Shown here: one piece after another, positions 28,348 to 39,200 of the stretch
Numbering within the stretch: position 1 is the first letter of the stretch
Layout of the letters: each line of letters starts with the position of its first letter
Notes under the pieces: model-generated
Seen by the model: the letters and a program-made list of their open reading frames with translations, nothing else
Told to the model about the DNA's origin: nothing
Databases searched by the model: none
Program-made: the position numbers and the translations under genes
DNA from: Thermoanaerobaculaceae bacterium
GTDB taxonomy: Bacteria > Acidobacteriota > Thermoanaerobaculia > Multivoradales > UBA5704
DNA length: 64,000 nt
Assembly (NCBI GenBank): GCA_963717295.1
Contig: OY970330.1
Location: forward strand, 2,248,538 to 2,312,537
Reading direction: 5' to 3'

Positions 28348-31176
28348 ATGAGCCCGTTGCGTCGTTGGCTGCTCCCGTTCCTACTGCTGGTCGTATCCGC
28401 AGCAACTCTCGCCGGGCAGACCACCGGCGACATCGTCGGGCGGGTCACCGACGAGGCCGGTGGCGTGCTGCCCGGCGTGGCGGTCGAGGCCAAGAGCCCG
28501 GCCCTTCAGGGATCGCGCACCGCGGTCACCGACGGCACCGGCGCCTACCGCCTGAATCTGCTGCCGCCCGGCGACTACACCGTCACCTTCACCGGCCAGG
28601 GCTTCGCCACCGAGGCCAAGCAGGGGGTCCTGGTGGGCCTGGACAAGGACGCCACGCTCAACGTCAACCTTCGGGCGGCGCTGACCGAGTCGATCACCGT
28701 CACCAGCGCCGCGCCGGTGGTGGACACCACCTCCGCCTCCGTCGGCACCAACATGAACGCCGCCACCATCGAGACGCTGCCCACGGGCCGCAACTACTCC
28801 TCGGTGGTGCAGATCATGCCGGGAGTCTCCTCGGACGCCAACGCCGACAACTCCGGCCAGTCGTCGATCGCCGTCTACGGCTCGTCCGGGGCCGAGAACG
28901 TCTTCTACATCGACGGCGTCAACACCACCGGCGCCGAGTACGGCTTCCAGGGCAAGGAGCTGAACTTCGAGTTCATTCAGGCGGTGGACGTCAAGACCGG
29001 CGGCTACGAGGCCGAGTTCGGCCGCGCCACCGGCGGCGTCATCAGCGTCATCACCAAGTCGGGCGGCAATGAGTTCCACGGCGACATCTTCGGCTACCTC
29101 GATAACGACTCGCTGCAGAGCAACGCCGAACCCGTGGTATCGACCGGCGGCACCATCGCCGGCTTCCGGCAGGAAGACTACGGCATCGGCATTGGCGGCC
29201 GCATCGTCAAGGACAAGCTCTGGTTCTTCGCCGCCTACGACAAGGTCTCCGACAAGCTCGACAGCACCCTGCCCGCCGGGCCGCTCGCCGGTAACGTGGT
29301 GACGTCGAAGAGCGACCACGACCTGGGGTCGGCCAAGCTCACCTGGAATCTCACCGGCAATCAGTCGCTCATCGGCACCTTCTTCCAGGACCCGCGGGAC
29401 GACACGGGCGCCATCAACGACGCCCAGCACACCCTCAACGGCGATCCCCTCACCTATACCGGCCTGCGCAGCTTCGGCGGCAAGGACTATGCCCTGCGCT
29501 ATCAGGGCATCCTCTCCGCCGCCTGGCTGCTCTCAGGCCAGGTGGCCCGGCACCGCGAGGAGAACTCGGTGGGGCCGGCGAGCGCGGCCGGCGACGTCAT
29601 CCAGTTCCGCTCGGTCGACGACAACTTCTTCCAGACCGGCGGCTTCGCCCTGCTGCAGACCAAGACCTTCAAGCGGGACTCGGCGGGCGGCTCCCTGACC
29701 CACTACCTCCCGAAGCACGAGATCAAGCTCGGGCTCGAATATGAGAAAGAGTCGGCGGACGTGGTGCGCCGCTTCAGCGGCGGCCAGCAGATCGACGTCT
29801 TCGCGAACGCCGTCAACCCCAGCCGGCCGGTCTACAGCCATTCCTACTGGACGACGCCGGACGCATCGATTGCCAACGCCCCGGTCTCGCAGCTCACGGC
29901 CTCGCCCTCGCACAAGAACTCGGGGGTCTATCTTCAGGATCGCTGGAGCGCGCTGCCGAACCTGACGATCAATTATGGCGTGCGCTGGGACCGGCAGCAG
30001 ATCATCGACGCGGAGGGCACGCAGCAGATCGATCTCAAGAAGGATTTCGCGCCGCGCCTCGGCTTCGTCTGGGATCCGGAAAGCAACGGCCACTCGAAGC
30101 TCTACGGCTCCTTCGGGCGCTATTACGAGCAGATCCCCATGGATCTCGTGATCCGCTCCTTCTCCTTCGAGCGGCAGGCGCGCATATTCAACTACAGCCC
30201 CACCAGCACCACGCCGGACGCGGGCGCCGAGAGCGACATCGACCAGACATCCGCCATCTTCGGCGGCTTCACCGAGCCGGCCGATCCCAACCTGCGCAAC
30301 CAATATCTCAACGAGTACCTCCTGGGCTACGAGCGGGAGGTCCGTCCGGATCTTGCCCTGGGAATCAAGGGGATCTACCGCAACTACGGCGAGGTGATCG
30401 AGGACTTCCTCTGCCTCAACCCCGTGACGGGCGAGCTCGACGGCACCTACTGCATCGGCAATCCGGGCCGCGGCACCATGCGGCGGGTTTTCACTCTCGA
30501 CTTCTCGCAGTCCTTCCCGGCGCCGGCGCCGAAGCGCGTTTACAAGGGTGTTCAGATCGACGCCACCAAGCGCTTTTCGAACAACTGGCAGGCCCTGGCG
30601 TCCTACGTCTATTCCAAGCTGGACGGCAACTTCGACGGCCTCTACGCGCCGTTCACCAACGTCGGCGCCGACCCTAACATCTCGGCGGCGTACGATTACT
30701 ACGACTTCTTCACCAATGGCAGCGATCTGACGAAGATCACCAACAAGGGGCCGCTGTCGAACGACCACCGCCACCAGTTCAAGCTCTCGGGGATCTATCA
30801 GACTCCCTGGAAACTTTCGATCGGCCTCTCCTCCTATTACCGCTCGGGCACGCCGCTGACCCGCTACGGCTACTCGGACGTCTATGGACGCTATGAGTTC
30901 TTCCTCACCCAGCGCGGCGCCGAGGGGCGGACGCCGGACGTCTACGACGCGGACCTCCACTTCGGCTACCCGCTGACCCTGGGGCCGGCGACGGTGAACT
31001 TTCTCTTCGACGTCTTCAACGTGCTGAACGCCCAGCGGCCCATCCTGCTGGATGAACGCTGGGGCTTCCAGGAGGCGGACAACGCCTCGCCGACGCCGGT
31101 CAACCCGGATTACTTGAAGCCGGTGCTGCGAACGCCGCCGCGGTCGTTGCGATTGGGAGTGCGCTTGAGCTTCTGA
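28348..31176 (+). CDS. TonB-dependent receptor (carboxypeptidase-regulatory N-domain, Oar-like)
   Basis: RBS AAGGAGG; GGYEAEFGRATGGVI.VITKSG plug motif; C-terminal LGVRLSF. Confidence 0.93.
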   Translation: MSPLRRWLLPFLLLVVSAATLAGQTTGDIVGRVTDEAGGVLPGVAVEAKSPALQGSRTAVTDGTGAYRLNLLPPGDYTVTFTGQGFATEAKQGVLVGLDKDATLNVNLRAALTESITVTSAAPVVDTTSASVGTNMNAATIETLPTGRNYSSVVQIMPGVSSDANADNSGQSSIAVYGSSGAENVFYIDGVNTTGAEYGFQGKELNFEFIQAVDVKTGGYEAEFGRATGGVISVITKSGGNEFHGDIFGYLDNDSLQSNAEPVVSTGGTIAGFRQEDYGIGIGGRIVKDKLWFFAAYDKVSDKLDSTLPAGPLAGNVVTSKSDHDLGSAKLTWNLTGNQSLIGTFFQDPRDDTGAINDAQHTLNGDPLTYTGLRSFGGKDYALRYQGILSAAWLLSGQVARHREENSVGPASAAGDVIQFRSVDDNFFQTGGFALLQTKTFKRDSAGGSLTHYLPKHEIKLGLEYEKESADVVRRFSGGQQIDVFANAVNPSRPVYSHSYWTTPDASIANAPVSQLTASPSHKNSGVYLQDRWSALPNLTINYGVRWDRQQIIDAEGTQQIDLKKDFAPRLGFVWDPESNGHSKLYGSFGRYYEQIPMDLVIRSFSFERQARIFNYSPTSTTPDAGAESDIDQTSAIFGGFTEPADPNLRNQYLNEYLLGYEREVRPDLALGIKGIYRNYGEVIEDFLCLNPVTGELDGTYCIGNPGRGTMRRVFTLDFSQSFPAPAPKRVYKGVQIDATKRFSNNWQALASYVYSKLDGNFDGLYAPFTNVGADPNISAAYDYYDFFTNGSDLTKITNKGPLSNDHRHQFKLSGIYQTPWKLSIGLSSYYRSGTPLTRYGYSDVYGRYEFFLTQRGAEGRTPDVYDADLHFGYPLTLGPATVNFLFDVFNVLNAQRPILLDERWGFQEADNASPTPVNPDYLKPVLRTPPRSLRLGVRLSF

Positions 31177-31295
31177 GGGCTTCGTACCCCAAACGCTGGA
31201 AGTCCGCCAGGCAACTCAATGGGGGGCCAACGTGCCGGTTGGCACCCCCGAGGTTGGTTCGGCCACCAACGAATCACAACGCGCGGCGACTTTCC

Positions 31296-32063
31296 TTACG
31301 GGTGAAAGCACGCCTGATCGGGAATGGGGTCATTCGGTATCTCGCCCGATTGGTAACCATAGCTCCTGAGGACAGTGCCGCCGAAGTCACGAACCTCAAA
31401 TCTCAGGAAGCCGCGGCCAAGACCGTAGTAGTAGTACTCGCTCCCTGAAAGATCATCAAAGGGGGATGACATAATGAGCGTGGGTAGAGTACCAATTGTC
31501 CCACCGTAGTTGTAGCTACTGTAGGAGACGGTCGATTGGTACTTACTGCAGCGTCCAGGATCAGTAGAAACATATTGGCAGGGACAGGAGTTGCAATTGT
31601 TGTAATGCATCGTGCCCGCGGAGCATGAGAAGAACCGATTCAAGTTTCTGTAGGTCTGATTTCCACCAATACACACAATTCGGGGCATCCAGTTCGCTCC
31701 GAGGTAATATCCCAGGTATCCTGGCTGCCAAACTCTCGATTGCGGAGAGTTGTCCTGCATGTTTTCTGCCGTAATGTAGATCCAATTGCTATCATAAGTA
31801 TAAGTCTCGGATGAGTACGGGTTACTGAACTTGATCATCTCAAATTGGCTGGGGCCATACAGAAATTTGCGAAGATAAACCAGCGAACCATCAGAGCCCT
31901 GAAAAATGAGCTTCGCCGTTTGCCAGCCCGAGTAACTTGGTATGAAGTAGGCCGTCGAATCAGTCCACGTATTACAGACTGGCGGCGGCGGATCGGCTAG
32001 GCCTACGGTTGCGACAAACAGCAACAGGGCGTAGGCTGAGAAACCAAGGATATGACTTTTCAT
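31296..32063 (-). CDS. Secreted hypothetical protein (low GC, Cys/Tyr-rich)
   Basis: RBS GGAGGA; signal peptide; 255-aa ORF. Confidence 0.7.
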   Translation of the reverse strand: MKSHILGFSAYALLLFVATVGLADPPPPVCNTWTDSTAYFIPSYSGWQTAKLIFQGSDGSLVYLRKFLYGPSQFEMIKFSNPYSSETYTYDSNWIYITAENMQDNSPQSRVWQPGYLGYYLGANWMPRIVCIGGNQTYRNLNRFFSCSAGTMHYNNCNSCPCQYVSTDPGRCSKYQSTVSYSSYNYGGTIGTLPTLIMSSPFDDLSGSEYYYYGLGRGFLRFEVRDFGGTVLRSYGYQSGEIPNDPIPDQACFHP

Positions 32064-32372
32064 TGGCTGATCCTCCGGCAGTTCGTTTCAGTTAGGCAAG
32101 CGATTTAAAGTAACACTGTGGAGCCAGCTACTTGCCGCCGGAAAGTTTAAGCCCCTTCCCAACCGCTGTCAAACAGTGTCTTTGTGTGTTGCGCCTTAAA
32201 GATGCTCGCTTACCAGAAGGCATACCGACGAGAACGGAAGCACGTAACGAAAAGTTCCGGATTCGCGGACACCGCCTTGCCGACACGTCCCAAACCGGTG
32301 GCGCCGAACTCGATCGGCGTGGTGGATCACGTTGCTGGATTCAAGGTTCCCCTGTTCCTCATGGTGAGGCCT

Positions 32373-32399
32373 CCAAAAAGACACAGGCACTTGTTTTGG
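32373..32399 (+). repeat. GGCAC hairpin repeat
   Basis: CCAAAAAGACACAGGCACTTGTTTTGG preceded by ATGGTGAGGCCT. Confidence 0.85.
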
Positions 32400-32428
32400 A
32401 ACACTAGGAGTTTAGGGGAGGCGCAGGA

Positions 32429-32623
32429 TCATGCCTTCTGCCAAGGCGGCAAACCAATATGCTTCTCCCAGCCAGGCCAGTCACTGGTACCAATTTCCTC
32501 ACGGCCCAGATTCTCCTTCTCCCACTCAAGCAGCTTAGCTTTCTCCTCAGAAGTCAGCAGCTCATCGTAGGCGTTGATCATTTTTCGGTACCATTCTAAA
32601 CCTTGCTCGACTGGATTAGGCAT
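32429..32623 (-). CDS. Small hypothetical protein between two repeats
   Basis: 64-aa low-GC ORF with protein-like composition. Confidence 0.55.
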   Translation of the reverse strand: MPNPVEQGLEWYRKMINAYDELLTSEEKAKLLEWEKENLGREEIGTSDWPGWEKHIGLPPWQKA

Positions 32624-32662
32624 TCTTAGATTCTTCCGTTAGGAGAGCACGATCAAGCGACG

Positions 32663-32684
32663 AAGACACAGGCACTTGTTTTGG
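32663..32684 (+). repeat. GGCAC hairpin repeat
   Basis: AAGACACAGGCACTTGTTTTGG, 19 bp past the carbonic anhydrase stop. Confidence 0.8.
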
Positions 32685-32702
32685 CGCTCCCCTACCGTGT
32701 GT

Positions 32703-33158
32703 TCAGGGACTCTTAGGCACATCAAGCAGGTCCGTGATGACTCTGAGTGAACGATGAGTTTTCATGATCAGCGCACCAAGCCTGTCCATGTAATGCTGAT
32801 GGATAGTCCGCTCTAGATCGAGGTCTGGTGCCTCGGGAAGAGCTTCAAATTCGCGATAAGCCCCGCAGTCCCGATGATCCAGAATGAACACGGTATGGAT
32901 ACCATGCAGAGCGATGGCTACCTCCAAATGTTCCCAGAAGGTCGATGCCCATGCGGGATAAATGCCCGCGAAAACACCGAGAGAGGCCCCTGCCAAGATC
33001 GCGTGATCGTAACTCAGCGATGGGTAATGCTCGTGCATATATTCGGGGATAACGTGCCCGAAACGGTAGTCGATGCACGTTAGAACAAGAGCATCAGCCC
33101 TGCCCTTCGCAAGTCGATTGGCAGGATCAAGGAAGCCTTGTGCCGTTTGCACGCCCAT
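32703..33158 (-). CDS. Beta-class carbonic anhydrase (cassette-like gene)
   Basis: CIDYR and HRDCGA zinc ligands; RBS AAGGAGG; follows an attC core. Confidence 0.85.
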   Translation of the reverse strand: MGVQTAQGFLDPANRLAKGRADALVLTCIDYRFGHVIPEYMHEHYPSLSYDHAILAGASLGVFAGIYPAWASTFWEHLEVAIALHGIHTVFILDHRDCGAYREFEALPEAPDLDLERTIHQHYMDRLGALIMKTHRSLRVITDLLDVPKSP

Positions 33159-33198
33159 ACCGTCCCTCCTTAAGTAACTGAACCCACCTGCGCCCGAC

Positions 33199-33278
33199 GC
33201 CGAACGTTCGAGCTAACCGGCGCGCCCGACAGACGGGGAAGCCGGCTGTCGGGCGTCCGGTTGAGTGAGGGGTTAGAC
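33199..33278 (-). other. attC integron recombination site
   Basis: Minus strand GTCTAAC-CCCTC-ACTCAACCGGACGCCCGACAG...CTGTCGGGCGCGCCGGTTAGCT-CGAAC-GTTCGGC; canonical R/L box layout. Confidence 0.85.
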
Positions 33279-33487
33279 GTCGGTCCTCCTCGCGAGTCAC
33301 CGATTTTTATTGCCCTTCTGGCGGTTGCCAGAGCTCTGCTCCACCCCAGGGCTGAACGTCGATCCCGAGGTGCTTCTTGTACCAATCGCATAGCGCCTTC
33401 GGGTCCTTGGCGCTCATGAAGATGCCGCCAATACCTGTGACTCTTCGCATTCAGACCTCCGATGTTGGTTACGGCTCAAGGATAGCG

Positions 33488-35269
<1,782 letters not shown>

Positions 35270-35288
35270 CAGGGCCGGTGGGCGCCCC

Positions 35289-35981
35289 TCAGCTCCTCTG
35301 GCTCTTGAGAACGTAGCCAACCCCCTTGAGCGTGTGCAGCAACCGGCCCTCGCGGTCGCCGCGGTCGCCATCGATCTTCTTGCGCAGCCGGTGGACGGTG
35401 ACGTCGATGACGTTGGCCAGCGAGTCGAAGGAATCGTCCCACACGTGCTCCGACAGCTCGGTGCGGGAGATGGCCTGGTCCTTGTGGTTGAGGAAGTATT
35501 CGAGCAGCGCGAACTCCTTGGGCGACAGCTCGAGCTCGCCGCCGCCCACCGTGACCCGGCGGCCGGCCCGGTCCATCGTCAAGTCACCCGCCGTGAGCGC
35601 CGGCTGGAGAGGCTTGGCCCGGCGGCGCAGCAGGCTGCGCACACGGGCGAGGAACTCGGGGAGCGAGAAGGGCTTGGTGAGGAAGTCGTCGGCGCCGGTG
35701 TCCAGCCCGTCGACCTTGTCGTGGACGGCGTTGCGGCCGGTCAGCATCAGCACCGGCATGTCGCGCCCCTCATGGCGCCAGGCTCGCAGCAGCTCGATGC
35801 CGGTGGGAGGAGGGATGGTCCAGTCCAGCACCACCAGATCATACTCGTTGACCGCCGCCAGCTCCGCCGCCGTCTCGCCGTCGCCGGCATGATCGACGGC
35901 GTAGAACTCCCCCTCCAGGAGCTCGACCAGAGCCTGCGCGAGCACTTCCTCGTCTTCGACGACCAGGACTCTCAAATGCAC
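35289..35981 (-). CDS. OmpR/CusR-type response regulator
   Basis: LVVEDE, GADDFLTKPF and NVIDVTVHRLRKKID winged-helix motifs. Confidence 0.93.
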   Translation of the reverse strand: MHLRVLVVEDEEVLAQALVELLEGEFYAVDHAGDGETAAELAAVNEYDLVVLDWTIPPPTGIELLRAWRHEGRDMPVLMLTGRNAVHDKVDGLDTGADDFLTKPFSLPEFLARVRSLLRRRAKPLQPALTAGDLTMDRAGRRVTVGGGELELSPKEFALLEYFLNHKDQAISRTELSEHVWDDSFDSLANVIDVTVHRLRKKIDGDRGDREGRLLHTLKGVGYVLKSQRS

Positions 35982-36224
35982 ATCACCTTCTACGCATTGT
36001 GTCACGGCGGGCGGTTTCCAGGACAGCGGGGACCGGCGCGGGCAGGTAAAAACGAAATTCCGGATTGCTCCTCGCCCTTTTCGGGATTCCGCGACAGTCC
36101 GATTGAAGGTTCACCTTCGCACTACCCCGGGTTCAAGGAAAAATAAGTTTTTAGCTCTTCAGAGATTGGAATATTCTTTGCACTGGGGCGGGGCAGGGTT
36201 CCATCTCAGTAAAGGAGAGGAAAT

Positions 36225-39200
36225 ATGCCCAGCCTGTTCCTCTGTGTCCGCCGACATCCTCCCTGCGCGTCCCTCCTCATCGTCCTCACCTTCCTATCCC
36301 TCTTCACTCCGCCCGGCGCCGCCCGGGCCCAGACCCCCGGCTGCGCCCGCACGCTGCACGCGGACGTGGTGGCGTTCGATCAGCCGTTCTTCTGGAACCG
36401 CCTGGGAGCCATGCAGCCCCAGGGAATGATCTATGCGCTGCGGCGCGACGTCTGCGGCGAGGTCTGCCAGAGCGGCTCGTGCTGGGATGCATGCAATGTC
36501 AACACACTCACTCCCGGCAAGGTCTGGCTGCGTAGCGACAAGCGGCCGCGGCCGATCGTGCTGCGCATGAACGTCGGCGACTGCCTGCGCATCGACTTCC
36601 AGAACCTGCTCGCGCCCACCCGGCGGGACGACGAGCAGCCGGCCACCCGCTGGGCCTCGATCCACGCCATCGGCCTGGAGCTGCAGACGATCGCCGGCGA
36701 CGGCTCGTTCGTGGGCGAGAACGCCAGCAGCCTCGTGGACGTCGGACAGAGCACCACCTACTTCCTGGCGGCGCCGGACCGCGAGGGCGAGCACGTGCTG
36801 TTCAGCGCCGGCGCCACCAACGGCGGCGAGGGGGACGGCGGCTCGACCAACTCCGGCCTGTTCGGAGCGCTCAACGTCGAGCCGGCCGGGGCGCGCTGGT
36901 TCCGCAGCCAGGTGGCGCAGAGCGACTTCGCCCAGGCGAAGACGGGCGACGCGGAGTTCGGTCTGCCCATCCTCGACTACGAGGCCCGTTACCCCGTCGG
37001 GCACCCGCGGGCCGGCACCCCGGTCCTCGACATGCTGGACGGCACCGAGATCGTCCATACCGATCTCACCGCTCTCATCACCGGCTCCGAGCCCAATCCT
37101 GACATCACGAGCGGCCTCGACTCTCCTGCCGAGAGTGGAGGGACCCAGCCCGGCTGGTTCCCCCCGGGGACCTTCCCGCCCAACCTCTACACCTATCCCG
37201 AGCGGGAGCAGCCTTTCCGCGAGTTCACCATCCTGTATCACGGCGAGACCGGCGCCGTGCAGGCCTTCTCCGACTTCGAGCAGCCGGCCCTGAAGCACAC
37301 CCTGGACAGTGGCCGCGACAACTTCGCCATCAACTACGGCTCGGCAGGGATCGGCGCCGAGGTGCTGGCGAACCGCTTCGGGGTGGGGCCTCAAGGGCAG
37401 TGCACGGAGTGCAAGTTCGAGGAGTTCTTCCTCTCGTCCTGGTCGGTGGGCGACCCAGCGATGGTGGTCGACGTGCCGGCCAACGCTCCCTGCGGCGATC
37501 CTCGCAACGGCGTTGCCTGTGCTCCCTCGCCCGGCGCCAAGGCGACCAAGGCCTTCTACCCCGACGATCCGTCGAACGTCTACCATAGCTATCTGCGCGA
37601 CCACGTCCGGTTCCGGGTGCTCCACGCCGGCACCAAGGAGCACCACATCCACCACCTGCACGCTCACCAGTGGCTGTTCACCGCCGACAGCGACAAGTCG
37701 TCCTATCTCGACAGCCAGGCGATCGGACCCGGCAACTCCTTCAGCGCCGAGATCGCCCACGAGGGCGGCGGCAACCTCAACCTGACTCCCGGAGACTCCA
37801 TCTTCCACTGCCACTTCTATCCCCATTTCGCAGAGGGGATGTGGTCGCTGTGGCGGGTACACGACGTCTTCGAGTCGGGCACGCCGCTCGACGCCGACGG
37901 CCGTCCCGCCCAGGGCAGCCGCGCCCTGCCGGACGGCGAGATCGCCGCCGGCACGCCGATCCCCGCCGTCGTGCCGCTGCCCGAAAAGCCCATGGCTCCG
38001 GTGCCGGAGGCCGCGGTGCAGATCGTCAACGGCCAGGCGCAGGTCTCCGGTCAGGGCAACCCCGGCTACCCCTTCTTCGTGCCCGGTCTCGGCGGCCACC
38101 GGCCGCCCCACCCGCCCCTCGACACGATCGACGACGGCGGCCTGCCCCGCCACCGTATCGACGGCGGCACCTTCAACGAGGCCCATACCCGGCTCGACTT
38201 CCACAAGACGCTGGAGCGGGCGGTGGTCACCGGGGTCCCGGAGAACGGCACGCCGGTCGAGCAGGCGGCCATGACCTACCACGCGATGCGCGAGCACCAG
38301 AGCTGCCTTCCGAACGGCGTCTGCGACGAGTTGGCGGCGCTCTTCCCCTGCGACCCCTGCTGGCCGCCGGGGAGCTGTGACTGCCCTCCGCCGCCGCCGC
38401 AGACCGTGGTGAAATTCATCACCAACGGCCTGCCGCCCGTGGCCGGCGCTCCCTACGCCGATCCCTGCGAGGACGTCGACGGCAACCCCGTGGGCAACCC
38501 CCGCCTCTACAAGGCGGCCGACATCCAGGACGACGTCAAGCTCAACAAGAAGGGGTGGCACTTCCCCCAGCAACGCTTCCTGTCGCTGTGGCAGGACGTC
38601 AACGCCTATCTCAGCCCGGCGGCCGGCCAGCTCAAGAAGCCGCCCGAGCCCCTGTTCTTCCGCGCCAACACCCAGGACTGCATCCAGTATCAGCTCACCA
38701 ACCTGGTGCCCAACGAGACGCAGCTCGACGACTTCCAGGTGCGCACTCCCACGGACGTCATCGGCCAGCACATCCACCTGGTGAAGTTCGACGTCACCGC
38801 CTCCGACGGCGCCGCCAACGGCTTCAACTATGAGGACGGATCGTTCAGCCCCGACGAGGTGCGCGAGCGCGTCGCCGCCATCCGCCTGCAGTACGGCTGC
38901 ACGGCGAACGACCCGCGCAACGGCTCGCTGCCCTGCCCCGTGGCCCGGCCCCACCCCTTCTTCGGCTCCGGCCCCAATGGCCGCTGGGTCGGGGCGCAGA
39001 CCACGGTACAGCGCTGGCTGGCCGACCCCGTGCTCGACAACCAGGGACACGACCGGACGCTGCGCACCGTCTTCACCCACGATCACATGAGCCCCTCAAC
39101 CCACCAGCAGGCAGGCCTCTACGCCGGTCTGGTGATCGAGCCGCAGGGCTCCACCTGGGTCCACAACGAGACCGGCACCCCCTTCTACACCCGGCCGGAC

